A stretch of 41,188 nt of DNA from an uncultured Clostridia bacterium (GCA_904501815.1 CAJGCN010000001.1:1-41188); one strand, 5' to 3'. Counted from the first letter of the stretch, positions 9,654 through 18,443 are shown. A program made the numbers and translations. The notes: generated by a model from the sequence alone, not told the origin.

Positions 9654-10634
9654 TTAAAGGTATTGCGAAACGGTGTAGGAAAGTTTGTCAATCACTTCTT
9701 CCAATTCCCCGAATAACATACAGCCTGCCGCGCGAATATGTCCGCCTCCGCCGTATACTCCCGCGATTTTATTTACGTCTGCATATGTTTTCGAACGCAA
9801 GGAAATTTTATACTGACCCGTTTTTACTTCCATAATCGAAGCCGCAACTTCTACCGTTTCTACGTTCAAGGGAAAATCGACGAACCCTTCCGTCATTCCG
9901 TTGTCTGCGCCGACCTTTTCCATCATTTGTTTGGTGATAAAAATTAACGCAAATTTCTCGTCGAAGAAAAACCGCATTTTGCCCATTACTTCCGAATGAA
10001 GCGCGGCTCTTGCTCTGGGTTGTTTTTTAAAAAGCTCGTAAGTTAAACTGCGAATATCCGCGCCCGCTTTCACGAGCTTTGCCGCAAGCAAAAAACACTC
10101 TTCGCCAACGTCGTCGTGAGAAAAATTCCCAGAATCGGTCAACAATCCGCAAAGCAAATAAGTTGCCGTTTTTTTATCAAACGGAGCACCCAGATACGCG
10201 ACGAGTTTGGCAACGTTCATACAATTCGCCGCACATTCCCGCACGAAATTAACTTCCCCGTAGCGAGTGTTCGAAATATGATGATCGACGTTGACGGTAG
10301 GAATTTTCTTGGCTTTCGCGCGACGGAATAAATCCGTCAACCCGCCTAAACGCTGGTCGTCAGCGGAGTCGAGCGCAATCACCAAATCAAACTCTTTCGT
10401 AGGCGTTTTGCCCACCCGTTCAATCCCTTCCAAAAAACGAAGATTCGACGGACAGTCCGATTCGTTGACGATTTCGCAAGAAACGCCGATATTTTCAAGC
10501 GCACAGCCAAGCGCAAGACAGCTACCGTAGCAATCCCCGTCGGGTCGCATATGCCCTACGATTAACACCTGCTTTGCGCTTTTCAGCTTTTTGGCTATAT
10601 TTTCAAGCTCCGTCAAATCGTCAAATTTTTTCAT
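9654..10634 (-). CDS. nrnA: DHH/DHHA1 phosphoesterase, NrnA-type nanoRNase/pAp phosphatase
   Basis: Motifs GHMRPDGDCYGS, DHH (VDHHISN) and GGGH are present. It overlaps the rbfA stop by 4 nt. Confidence 0.85.
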   Translation of the reverse strand: MKKFDDLTELENIAKKLKSAKQVLIVGHMRPDGDCYGSCLALGCALENIGVSCEIVNESDCPSNLRFLEGIERVGKTPTKEFDLVIALDSADDQRLGGLTDLFRRAKAKKIPTVNVDHHISNTRYGEVNFVRECAANCMNVAKLVAYLGAPFDKKTATYLLCGLLTDSGNFSHDDVGEECFLLAAKLVKAGADIRSLTYELFKKQPRARAALHSEVMGKMRFFFDEKFALIFITKQMMEKVGADNGMTEGFVDFPLNVETVEVAASIMEVKTGQYKISLRSKTYADVNKIAGVYGGGGHIRAAGCMLFGELEEVIDKLSYTVSQYL

Positions 10635-11023
10635 TCTTCGTCCTTTTCGTCTTCCTGTTTAGGTTGATTTTCGTGCAGTTTTTTAAACAACTCGTCCATC
10701 TTCGCCCCGTAGCTCATACTCCCGTCCATTCTGAACGTAAGCGCGGGAACGGTGCGCATACGCATCACCTGCGATAATTCGTGCCGAATATACCCTGCGT
10801 GTTCTTTTAACGCCGCAAACGAACGCGCTTTTTCCGTTTCGTCTTTGGCGTAAATACTAACGTAGATAATCGCCGTTTTTAAATCAGGCGCAACGTCGGC
10901 TTCCGTGACGGAAATCAGACCTTTAAGGTCGGGCGATTTATCCTTTAAACGACGAATAATCTCGCTGATTTCCTTTTGATATTCGCCGTTTAAGCGTGAA
11001 GTTCTCGAACCCTTTCCTTTCAT
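10631..11023 (-). CDS. rbfA: Ribosome-binding factor A
   Basis: The size and the motifs ISVTEADVAPDLKTAIIYVS and LTFRMD fit RbfA. It lies directly after infB. Confidence 0.9.
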   Translation of the reverse strand: MKGKGSRTSRLNGEYQKEISEIIRRLKDKSPDLKGLISVTEADVAPDLKTAIIYVSIYAKDETEKARSFAALKEHAGYIRHELSQVMRMRTVPALTFRMDGSMSYGAKMDELFKKLHENQPKQEDEKDEE

Positions 11024-13620
11024 TACGCTTTAATCTCCTCCGTGATATAACACTCGATAATATCCCCGATACGAATTTCGTTGAACCCTTCGATTGCGCA
11101 CCCACATTCAAAGCCGTAAGCGACTTCTTTCACGTCGTCTTTAAAGCGTTTGAGCTGTTTCACGCCACCTTCGCAAATCATAATATCTTCACGGTAAATT
11201 CTCAGTTTTCCGCCACGAACAATCTTGCCGTCCGTCACGTAGCAACCTGCAATCGTGCCCACGCCCGTGATATTAAAGGTCTGGCGCACTTCGCATTTAC
11301 CCGTAAGCACTTCGCGAAGCTTAGGCGCAAGCATACCTTTGAGCGCGGCTTCCATATCGTCGAGAAGCTCGTAGATAATACGATAGGAACGAACGTCCAC
11401 TTTCGAAGTTTCCGCAAGCTTTTTCGCTTTCGTATCAGGGCGTACGTTAAACCCGATAATAATCGCGTTCGCGCTGTCCGCAAGCATAATGTCGCTTTCG
11501 TTGATTGCGCCCGCCGCGCCGTGAATTACTTTGACTTTGACTTCTTCGTTTGAAAGCTTTTCCAAAGACTGTTTTACCGCTTCAACGCTACCCTGTACGT
11601 CCCCTTTGACGATTAAATTCAGGTTTTTCATCTTACCTTCTTCCACCTGAGCGAATACGTCGTCGAGCGTGACACGGCTTTGTTCTTTAATCATGCTTTC
11701 GCGTTCTTTATTCTTTCTTTCTTCCAAAACTTGCTTCATAAGCGACTGGTCAACCGCCATAATGCTATCCCCAGCGTTCGGCACTTCTTCAAACCCCAAA
11801 ATAGACACCGCCATCGAAGGGCCTGCCGTTTTCACCGCTCTGCCCTTATCGTCGAACATAGCGCGCACACGGCCCATCGTCGTACCCGAAAGAATATTAT
11901 CGCCCGTTTTCAGCGTACCGTTTTGCACGATAATGCTCGCCACAGGACCTTTGCCCTTATCGAGTTTTGCTTCGATAATCGTACCCTTTGCCTGACGGTC
12001 GGGGTTAGCTGTGAGTTCTTGCATTTCCGCCACGAGATTTACCGAATCGAGAAGCTCGTCGATACCCATACCCGTCTTTGCCGAAACGGGCACGATCATG
12101 GTATCCCCGCCCCATTCTTCGGGAACGAGCTCGTGTTCGATAAGTTCTTGTTTCACTCGGTCGGGATTGACTTCGTGCTTATCCATTTTATTCATTGCCA
12201 CGATAATAGGCACGTTCGCCGCTTTTGCGTGGTTAATAGCTTCCACCGTTTGGGGCATAATGCCGTCGTCCGCCGCTACGACCAAAATAACGACGTCCGT
12301 CACTTGTGCGCCACGCGCACGCATTGCCGTAAACGCCGCGTGTCCGGGCGTGTCGATAAAGGTGATTTGTTTTCCCTTTGCCGAAACGGTGTAAGCACCG
12401 ATACTCTGCGTAATCCCGCCAGCTTCTCCGCTTGTCACGCTCGTCGCGCGAATCTTATCGAGCAACGAAGTTTTACCGTGATCGACGTGTCCCATAACGG
12501 TGACGACAGGGGCGCGGGGTACGAGCGTGCTTACGTCGTCTGCCACGTAGTTTTCTTGCAATACGTCTTCCGCCGTCTTTTCGGGTTTATATTCAAGGTC
12601 GATACCCATATCCGCCGCCATCAACGCCGCGTTATCGTAGTCAATGGAATCGTTAATCCCTTTCATAATCCCTTCTTTAAACAACCGCTTCGTGATTTCC
12701 ACCGCCGAAACGCCAAGCTTTTCGGAAAGTACTTTTAAGGGAATGTCTTGCGTGGTCACGACCGCGTGTTCAATCTTGATTACGGGGATTTCCTGTTTCT
12801 TTTGCTTTTTAGGCGAACGCACCTTTCTGTATCCCGACTTATCTTCGTCGAAATCTTCCACCGTCATACCCATTTGCTTAACGAGCGCGCGTTTAGATAC
12901 GGGTTTTTTCTCGCTATACGTCTTTTCATACGTCTTTTTCTTCGCAGGCGCACCGAAAGACTTCGTGTCGCGCGGAAGATTTACGGGTGCAGCCCCGCCA
13001 CTTACGGCAGGACGAGCAGGACGGGCGTTTGCCGTTGCCGTACCCGTTCTCGGAGGTCTATCCCCTTGCGGGCGCACGGTTCTTTCACCCGATTGCGTGC
13101 GGGGACGGTAGGTTGTCGACGTAGGCGCGGTTTCCGCGCCGGGTTTGGAAACGTATACCCCTTGTTCCTGTCCGTTTTTGAAATATCTCGGCGCTCTCGG
13201 CGCTGCGGGAGCTTTGGGCGCGTACGTTTTCGCCGGCTCAGCCTGCGTAGGCTCGGCTTTTACTTGCGGTTCTTCCGCCTTTTCTTCAACCTTTTGCTCT
13301 TCTACCGGTTCAACCGCTTTTTTTCTCGTTTTCTTAGGTTTTTCAGCGGGTTCTTCCGCTTTCGTTTCCGCCGCTTCGGGAACGGCTTTTGCCTTTTCGG
13401 CAGCTTCTTTCGCCGCCTGAGCCTCCGCTGCAAGGCGCGCGGCTTCTTCCGCCGCTTTTTGCGCGTCGCGTTCGGATTTTTCCGCTTCTAACACGGAAAG
13501 CTTACGCATAATTTCCGCAAGGCTCTTTTCTGTGGAAGACAGGCGTTTTTGCAACCCGCCGAGTTGACCTTCGCCTAATAGTTCCGTTATCTTTTCCACA
13601 TTTTCGTATTTCTTTGCCAT
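11023..13620 (-). CDS. infB: Translation initiation factor IF-2
   Basis: The GTPase motifs [13 protein letters not shown] and NKMD are present, with a low-complexity A/E/K/P-rich N-terminus. The real start is ATG 13618-13620 behind GGGAGGA. The ORF-track start at 13752 would overlap ylxQ. Confidence 0.95.
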   Translation of the reverse strand: MAKKYENVEKITELLGEGQLGGLQKRLSSTEKSLAEIMRKLSVLEAEKSERDAQKAAEEAARLAAEAQAAKEAAEKAKAVPEAAETKAEEPAEKPKKTRKKAVEPVEEQKVEEKAEEPQVKAEPTQAEPAKTYAPKAPAAPRAPRYFKNGQEQGVYVSKPGAETAPTSTTYRPRTQSGERTVRPQGDRPPRTGTATANARPARPAVSGGAAPVNLPRDTKSFGAPAKKKTYEKTYSEKKPVSKRALVKQMGMTVEDFDEDKSGYRKVRSPKKQKKQEIPVIKIEHAVVTTQDIPLKVLSEKLGVSAVEITKRLFKEGIMKGINDSIDYDNAALMAADMGIDLEYKPEKTAEDVLQENYVADDVSTLVPRAPVVTVMGHVDHGKTSLLDKIRATSVTSGEAGGITQSIGAYTVSAKGKQITFIDTPGHAAFTAMRARGAQVTDVVILVVAADDGIMPQTVEAINHAKAANVPIIVAMNKMDKHEVNPDRVKQELIEHELVPEEWGGDTMIVPVSAKTGMGIDELLDSVNLVAEMQELTANPDRQAKGTIIEAKLDKGKGPVASIIVQNGTLKTGDNILSGTTMGRVRAMFDDKGRAVKTAGPSMAVSILGFEEVPNAGDSIMAVDQSLMKQVLEERKNKERESMIKEQSRVTLDDVFAQVEEGKMKNLNLIVKGDVQGSVEAVKQSLEKLSNEEVKVKVIHGAAGAINESDIMLADSANAIIIGFNVRPDTKAKKLAETSKVDVRSYRIIYELLDDMEAALKGMLAPKLREVLTGKCEVRQTFNITGVGTIAGCYVTDGKIVRGGKLRIYREDIMICEGGVKQLKRFKDDVKEVAYGFECGCAIEGFNEIRIGDIIECYITEEIKA

Positions 13621-13624
13621 AAGT

Positions 13625-13966
13625 TCAGTTCGTTCCTCCCGAATAAATTTTAAGTTGGGGCTCGCCGTCCGCAACGGAAAGTATCGCGTCGGCAAGGTGT
13701 TTGTCTTTAATAGCCACCGCTTTAACTGCGGGGCGGTGCAATAATTCTCCAAGTTCGCCGCGCGGACATATTATCATCTCGCACGAAAATTTTTCTTGGA
13801 GTTTTTTCAGCGTTTTAAAAGAGCTTTCGCCTAAAGCTTCGTCCGCGAGCAATAACACCACGCCTTTGCGCAGAGATTCTATCCCGTCTACGCCGAACGT
13901 GATTTTTCCCGACCGAATACAAAACCCTAAATAGGTTTGGAGTTTTTTAAGGCTCGTTCTTTCCAA
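13625..13966 (-). CDS. ylxQ: L7Ae/L30e-family RNA-binding protein YlxQ
   Basis: It sits between ylxR and infB. The motifs GFCIRSGKITFG and KAVAIKDKHLA fit the family. The TTG start follows AAGGAGAG. Confidence 0.75.
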   Translation of the reverse strand: MERTSLKKLQTYLGFCIRSGKITFGVDGIESLRKGVVLLLADEALGESSFKTLKKLQEKFSCEMIICPRGELGELLHRPAVKAVAIKDKHLADAILSVADGEPQLKIYSGGTN

Positions 13967-14225
13967 AACCGCTCTCCTTAATCGTTTGATAAACGCCTTC
14001 GTCTACGCTCGCCGAAAACGCTTTGTGTAAAAGTTTTTTATCGGCAAGCTTTTTCAAGCATTCTTCTCCGCTACATATATACGCGCCACGCCCAGCCGCT
14101 TTGCCCGTGTAGTCCGCAAAAATTTCCCCGTCCGCGTTTTTCACCACGCGAAGCATTTCTTTTTTCGGTTTCATTTCACGGCAAGCAATACAGGTGCGCA
14201 TAGGTATCGTTTTGGTTTTCGCCAT
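13947..14225 (-). CDS. ylxR: YlxR/DUF448 RNA-binding protein
   Basis: The MRTCIACREMKPKKEMLRVV signature and GRGAYIC are present. Its start overlaps the nusA stop (TAATG). Confidence 0.85.
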   Translation of the reverse strand: MAKTKTIPMRTCIACREMKPKKEMLRVVKNADGEIFADYTGKAAGRGAYICSGEECLKKLADKKLLHKAFSASVDEGVYQTIKESGFGKNEP

Positions 14226-15346
14226 TATTCTTCTACCGTTTCCTGCGTTTCGTCCGTTTCTAAGGCTTCCGATTCAGCAGTTTCTTGCATAGCCAAAATT
14301 TCCGCAGCTTCGGGCGAAGACGCGCTCTTTACGTCAATCTTCCAGCCCGTAAGGCGTGCCGCAAGCCGAGCGTTCTGCCCGTCGCGACCGATTGCAAGGG
14401 ATAACTTATCGTCGGGCACGATAGCCACTGCGCTGCGTTCCCCTTTTCCCGTCACCGACAACACGGTAGCAGGCGAAAGCGCTTTATAAATAAACGCAAG
14501 CGGGTCTTCGTTCCAAAGGATAATATCAATCTTTTCTCCGCCAAGCTCTTCCACGACCGCGTTAACTCTCGCGCCTCTGTTGCCTACGCACGCACCGACG
14601 GCGTCTACTCTTTCGTCGTTGGAATGAATCGCCATTTTAGTACGTTGACCAGGCTCACGCGCGATTTCCTTGATTTCTACGATACCTTGCGCGATTTCGG
14701 GTACTTGTTCTTCAAAGAGTTTTCTCACCAAGCCCGCCGAAGTACGCGAAACGACGATTTGAGAATTTCTGCCGCTGTTTTTTACCCGTTTTACGAACAC
14801 TTTAATCTTTTCGCCAACGACGTATCTTTCGGTATTCACTCGGTCTTGCGGGGGCATTACCCCTTCGATTTTCTTATCGCTAAGTTCAACGTAAACGTTT
14901 CTATCGTCGATTTTACGAATCGTACCAATCATGAGTTCCCCTTCTTTATCGGAGAACGCCGAGAAGGTATTGTCGCGTTCGGCTTCGTGCAATTTTTGCA
15001 AAATGACCTGTTTTGCCGTTTGTGCCGCAATACGCCCGAAGTTCTTCGGGATAAATACTTTTTCAATTTTATCGCCCACTTGATAATCGGGATTCAGTTC
15101 CTGCGCCGCTTCCAAAGAAATTTCCTTATCCTTGTCTTCTACTTCTTCCACCACGTAGCGAGTTGCTTTGAACTCAATCGTACCCTTTTCTGCATCCAAC
15201 GAAACGGATACTTCCGCACCGCCGTCGTATTGCTTTTTATACGCCGAAGCAAGTGCATTTTGAAGCGTTTCAATGAACGATTCTTCGCTGATACCTTTTT
15301 CTCTTACCAATTCGGTAAGCGCTGCAAAAAACTCCTTGTTTTCCAT
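14225..15346 (-). CDS. nusA: Transcription termination/antitermination factor NusA
   Basis: The N-terminal, S1 and KH domains are recognisable (IGTIRKIDDRNVYVEL, GACVGNRGARV, LAIGRDGQNARLAARLTGWKIDV). The real start is ATG 15344-15346 behind AGGAGATAAT. The ORF-track start at 15445 would overlap rimP. Confidence 0.95.
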   Translation of the reverse strand: MENKEFFAALTELVREKGISEESFIETLQNALASAYKKQYDGGAEVSVSLDAEKGTIEFKATRYVVEEVEDKDKEISLEAAQELNPDYQVGDKIEKVFIPKNFGRIAAQTAKQVILQKLHEAERDNTFSAFSDKEGELMIGTIRKIDDRNVYVELSDKKIEGVMPPQDRVNTERYVVGEKIKVFVKRVKNSGRNSQIVVSRTSAGLVRKLFEEQVPEIAQGIVEIKEIAREPGQRTKMAIHSNDERVDAVGACVGNRGARVNAVVEELGGEKIDIILWNEDPLAFIYKALSPATVLSVTGKGERSAVAIVPDDKLSLAIGRDGQNARLAARLTGWKIDVKSASSPEAAEILAMQETAESEALETDETQETVEE

Positions 15347-15386
15347 CTTTATTATCTCCTGTTTATAGTTGCTTAATTTTTTTTCG

Positions 15387-15857
15387 TTAGTCCAAGCCGT
15401 CAAAATCAATCGCCAAGCAAATTTTTGCGATTTTATTCTTTTCAAGCTTAAAAGTTTCTCCGTTTTCTTCGAGCACCACGCAATTCTCGTCGTGTTCTAC
15501 GAGCACGGCTTCAAACGCCTTACGCCCTTTCAGGGGAGCGAACAGTTTCACTTCTACCTTTTCGCCAAGCCGTCTTTCAAAATCTCTTGCCGTTTTAAAC
15601 GGTCTATCCAGTCCGGGACTGGAAACGTTCAAGGTATACGCGCCCCCGAACGTAGGGTCAAGCTCGTCGAGCGCAGGGTCGATAGCGCGGTGGAATTTCT
15701 CGCAGGTATCCAAATCCACGCCGTTTTCCGTATCGATAAACACGGTTAAGGCGGGGGCTTTGCCTTGTTTAAACTCCACTTCTACGATTTCGATTTCCAG
15801 CTCGTCGGCAATGGGTTGCAAAAAGGCTTGAATCTCTTCGATAGGTTTAATTTTCAT
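15387..15857 (-). CDS. rimP: Ribosome maturation factor RimP
   Basis: It is the first gene of the nusA operon. The motif YTLNVSSPGLDRPF is present and the RBS is AAGGAGTAG. Confidence 0.9.
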   Translation of the reverse strand: MKIKPIEEIQAFLQPIADELEIEIVEVEFKQGKAPALTVFIDTENGVDLDTCEKFHRAIDPALDELDPTFGGAYTLNVSSPGLDRPFKTARDFERRLGEKVEVKLFAPLKGRKAFEAVLVEHDENCVVLEENGETFKLEKNKIAKICLAIDFDGLD

Positions 15858-15879
15858 TTTCTACTCCTTAATAGCAATA

Positions 15880-15905
15880 TTGAGAGTGGCGCGAACCACT
15901 CTCAA
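15880..15905 (-). promoter_or_regulatory. 10-bp leader hairpin between the rimP promoter and the rimP RBS (possible attenuator)
   Basis: The stem is TTGAGAGTGG (15880-15889) / CCACTCTCAA (15896-15905) with a 6-nt loop. On the minus strand it is followed by UAUUGCUAUU. Confidence 0.4.
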
Positions 15906-15935
15906 CATTCATCATCTGAATTATTAAGTACTAAT

Positions 15936-15964
15936 AGTATAGCATCTTTTTCCATTTTACGCAA
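15936..15964 (-). promoter_or_regulatory. Candidate sigma-A promoter of the rimP-nusA-infB operon
   Basis: On the minus strand: TTGCGT (15959-15964), a 17-nt spacer, then TATACT (15936-15941). Confidence 0.5.
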
Positions 15965-16008
15965 GCGTTTTAACGAGTTTTTTGAGAAATTTTCTTCAAG
16001 CGGGAATT

Positions 16009-16230
16009 TTACTGTATATAATCAGGCGAAAAAAATTCGGATAATTTTATTTGCAGGGCTTTACATAAATAGTATACCGTAGTCAAATAAATAACTTTAT
16101 TCTTTTCTTTCAAGATAGCGTATATCGTAGTTTTTGACACTCCCGACAATTTTGCTAATTGAGAAACGCTTATAGATTTTTCCTGCATAATTCTTTTTAA
16201 ATTTTTACTTGCAATTTGTACATATTCCAT
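16009..16230 (-). CDS. XRE-family helix-turn-helix transcriptional regulator (73 aa)
   Basis: It has an HTH_3-like core: ISVSQLAKLSGVSKTTIYAILKEKN. The ATG at 16228-16230 lies 9 nt after GGAG. The ORF-track GTG start lies inside that RBS. Confidence 0.75.
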   Translation of the reverse strand: MEYVQIASKNLKRIMQEKSISVSQLAKLSGVSKTTIYAILKEKNKVIYLTTVYYLCKALQIKLSEFFSPDYIQ

Positions 16231-16282
16231 AGATTTCACTCCTTTGTGTTTTAATTTTTACGTTTTATGTTATTATAATATC

Positions 16283-16324
16283 ACACCATTTGGTGTAAGT
16301 CAATCAAAACGCACCGTTTGGTGT
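16283..16324. promoter_or_regulatory. Two operator-like sites between the divergent XRE genes
   Basis: ACACCATTTGGTGT (16283-16296) is a perfect 6-2-6 inverted repeat, and GCACCGTTTGGTGT (16311-16324) is a second copy. Both extend as ACCnTTTGGTGTAA, and their centres are 28 bp apart. Confidence 0.45.
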
Positions 16325-16335
16325 AAAATATAATT

Positions 16336-16551
16336 ATGAATAATGAATATATGGAAGCTTTCGCACAAAACTTAAAACAACTTATTGGAAATATGACCAT
16401 ATCTGAATTTGCAAAAAAGGTTGATATTCCCCAACAAACAATATCCAGATATCTTTTATGTCAAAGAAAAATTACTATTGAAAATCTTTGTAAAATCGCC
16501 GATTATTTTGGAGAAGATATTGATATTTTATTAGGTAGAAGAGATTTCTAA
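16336..16551 (+). CDS. XRE-family helix-turn-helix transcriptional regulator (71 aa)
   Basis: It has the HTH core MTISEFAKKVDIPQQTISRYLLCQRKITIENL. I found no obvious Shine-Dalgarno sequence. Confidence 0.7.
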   Translation: MNNEYMEAFAQNLKQLIGNMTISEFAKKVDIPQQTISRYLLCQRKITIENLCKIADYFGEDIDILLGRRDF

Positions 16552-16561
16552 AATTTTAAAA

Positions 16562-16596
16562 AGCAACGAATAATTTCAACCATTCGTTGCTTTTTA
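16562..16596 (+). terminator. Rho-independent terminator after the plus-strand XRE gene
   Basis: The stem is AGCAACGAAT (16562-16571) / ATTCGTTGCT (16582-16591), followed by a T-run. Confidence 0.7.
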
Positions 16597-16640
16597 TTTT
16601 ATTAGTCCACTATCAATTTTTACGATTTATAAAATTTTTA

Positions 16641-16826
16641 GATTGTCGCAGTCGCTTGCGCTCCTTCACAATGACCGTCTATATGTCATTGCGACCCCGT
16701 GCGACGGGGAGCGTTTCGTGGCAATCTCTTCGTTTAACCTTCTCCTGCGGGAGAAGGTGTCGTGAGCGCGAAGCACGGCGAGCCGAACGACGGATGAGGA
16801 GTATACAAAATCATAGCAATCTCTTG
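16641..16826. repeat. GC-rich structured intergenic element (REP/MITE-like) made of several hairpin modules
   Basis: Three hairpins are present: CAATGAC/GTCATTG (16669-16691), CCCCGT-GCG-ACGGGG (16695-16709) and CCTTCTCC-TGCG-GGAGAAGG (16738-16757). A 10-nt direct repeat GCAATCTCTT occurs at 16721-16730 and 16816-16825. The element is embedded in AT-rich spacer. Confidence 0.5.
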
Positions 16827-16855
16827 TCATATTTCAAGGGCACGGCTCGTACAAT
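16827..16855 (+). promoter_or_regulatory. Sigma-E-like promoter candidate directly upstream of the spoVB-like gene
   Basis: TCATATT (16827-16833), a 14-nt spacer, then CGTACAAT (16848-16855). As I recall it, the Bacillus sigma-E consensus is ZHATAxx-14-CATACAHT. The -10 ends only 6 nt before the ATG, so the transcript would be near-leaderless. Confidence 0.3.
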
Positions 16856-16861
16856 AACGGT

Positions 16862-18376
16862 ATGAGAACACGTTTTTATAAAACCGCCACGCTCGTGACG
16901 GGGTTGTCTGTTGCGGAGCGTACGCTCGGCTTTTTATACCGTATGATTTTAGCGCGTATGGTCGGCGCGGAAGGGTTAGGGATTTATCAAGTCGCGCTGT
17001 CCGTCTACGCCGTATTTATAACGATTAGCGGGGGCGGTATTCCCCCGACGGTTTCTCGGCTAATCTCGAAAAGCCGCGCGGAAAACGATTTGCAAGGCGA
17101 ACGAAAAGCCGTGAGCGCGGGCGTTTTTCTTGCGCTTGCCCTTTCTTTACCCGTAGTCCTGCTCTTTTTTTTGAGCGGGAATTTATTCTCTTTTCTTTTT
17201 CACGATAAAGGCGGGCTTGCCGTATTCCGCGTTTTGTTAATCGGGCTTGTATTTTGCTCCGTCTACGGCGCTATCCGCGCTTGGTTTTGGGGGCAAAAAC
17301 AGTTTTTAACGTCGTCTATGTTTGGGATTATCGAAGAAAGCGTTGCCGTGATTACGGGCGTACTCCTTCTTAAAACCGCAACGACGACTATTCAATCAGC
17401 GGAATTTGCGGCTTTGTCTAACGTGCTTTCTCACGTGGTCGCGTGCGGTTGCGCGTTCCTTTGGTTTTATCTTAGGAAAGGCAAACTCGTTTCTCCAAAA
17501 GGCGAGATAAAAAACCTTCTTACTTCCGCAACCCCCATTACCGCCGTACGAACGGGCGGATCGCTCGTTGGCTCTGCCGTTGCCGTACTCCTGCCCGTAA
17601 TGCTGGTGCGAGCAGGTATGACGCAATCAGACGCTTTAAAAACGTTCGGAATTATTACGGGTATGGTCATGCCGGCGCTGTCTATCGTGGCGACGGTGAT
17701 CGGATCGTTTGCGCTCGTACTCGTACCTGAACTTTCGGAAGACTACTACGCAAACCGTCAAGAGCGGTTGCAGAAAAATATCGATCGGGGGTTAACCGCT
17801 TCCGCGCTCGTGGCGTGCCTTTTAATGCCGTTTTTCTTCGTACTTGGAGAAAGCTTAGGTTTACTCGCTTATTCTTCGAAAGAAGCGGGGGAAATGATTG
17901 TCAAAAGCTGCCCTATCCTACTGCCTATGAGCCTTGCTATGATTTCCACGAGTATTTTAAACGCAATGGGATTTGAAAAACAAACTTTCGGATATTATTT
18001 TATCGGCGCGGCGTTTTTACTTGCGTGTATTTGTTTCCTTCCCGCCCTGCTCGGTGGCTACGCTTATATTATCGGTATAGGCGGAAGCTACGCCGTTTGC
18101 ACGATTTTAAACTTGCGTTGCCTTTTCAAAAAGGTACTCACCCCCAACCGTCAATTTCACTTTTTCAAAAAGACCTTACTTTCTATCGCGTTAATCCTAC
18201 CCGTTTCCTTCGTAGGGCAAACTTTTAAAAGTTTTTTCACGCGGTATTTTAGCGAGATAATCGCTGACCTTTTTATCGGCGGGATTATGTTGCTCGTGAG
18301 CGTAATTTTCTATTTTTTAATGCACCTTATCACCGCAAACCCCGTTCCTAAGCCCCGCAAAGCCAAAAACAGATAA
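16862..18376 (+). CDS. spoVB: MOP-superfamily polysaccharide/lipid II flippase, SpoVB-like
   Basis: The protein has about 14 TM segments. Its N-terminal region, LGFLYRMILARMVGAEGLGIYQVA and GGIPPTVSRLISK, resembles SpoVB more than MurJ. Confidence 0.7.
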   Translation: MRTRFYKTATLVTGLSVAERTLGFLYRMILARMVGAEGLGIYQVALSVYAVFITISGGGIPPTVSRLISKSRAENDLQGERKAVSAGVFLALALSLPVVLLFFLSGNLFSFLFHDKGGLAVFRVLLIGLVFCSVYGAIRAWFWGQKQFLTSSMFGIIEESVAVITGVLLLKTATTTIQSAEFAALSNVLSHVVACGCAFLWFYLRKGKLVSPKGEIKNLLTSATPITAVRTGGSLVGSAVAVLLPVMLVRAGMTQSDALKTFGIITGMVMPALSIVATVIGSFALVLVPELSEDYYANRQERLQKNIDRGLTASALVACLLMPFFFVLGESLGLLAYSSKEAGEMIVKSCPILLPMSLAMISTSILNAMGFEKQTFGYYFIGAAFLLACICFLPALLGGYAYIIGIGGSYAVCTILNLRCLFKKVLTPNRQFHFFKKTLLSIALILPVSFVGQTFKSFFTRYFSEIIADLFIGGIMLLVSVIFYFLMHLITANPVPKPRKAKNR

Positions 18377-18414
18377 AAAAATTTGGTAATTTTAAGGATT
18401 TTTCGTTCGTATCC

Positions 18415-18443
18415 TTGACAGAAACGCAATTTTCGTCTACAAT
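18415..18443 (+). promoter_or_regulatory. Sigma-A promoter of pgi
   Basis: TTGACA (18415-18420), a 17-nt spacer, then TACAAT (18438-18443). The RBS GGAGG precedes the ATG at 18473. Confidence 0.6.

Noticed and set aside
11680-12738. 352-aa plus-strand ORF; likewise 10996-11553, 12011-12394, 12644-13111, 12748-13491 and 13145-13420
   Set aside because: All are antisense to infB. Their translations are Arg/His/Phe/Ser-rich low-complexity sequences with no RBS. This is the typical shadow of a strongly codon-biased gene on the other strand.
13100-13500. Repetitive A/E/K/P-coding DNA that looks like a tandem repeat
   Set aside because: It is the normal low-complexity N-terminal region of IF-2. 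The repeats are imperfect and in frame.
13621-13752. N-terminal extension of the infB ORF. Analogous extensions exist for nusA (15347-15445), ppa (28210-28332), paralog 1 (24495-24545), paralog 2 (26124-26237) and cdaA (955-987).
   Set aside because: In each case an internal start codon sits 5-9 nt after a strong Shine-Dalgarno sequence. The extension either overlaps the upstream gene or lacks any RBS. These are ORF-caller artefacts, not real extensions.
14624-15376. 250-aa plus-strand ORF, plus 15369-15749 and 15765-16082
   Set aside because: They are antisense to nusA and rimP, Phe/Arg-rich, and have no start context. nusA and rimP explain the region fully.
16009-16551. The divergent HTH pair as a type II toxin-antitoxin module
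   Set aside because: Both proteins are plain XRE-type HTH domains. Neither has a recognisable toxin fold, and the genes are divergent rather than co-transcribed.
16587-16865. 92-aa ORF (MLFILLVHYQ...RRCREREARRAERRMRS)
   Set aside because: It reads straight through the GC-rich hairpin repeat element and has no RBS. I interpret the region as a non-coding repeat instead.
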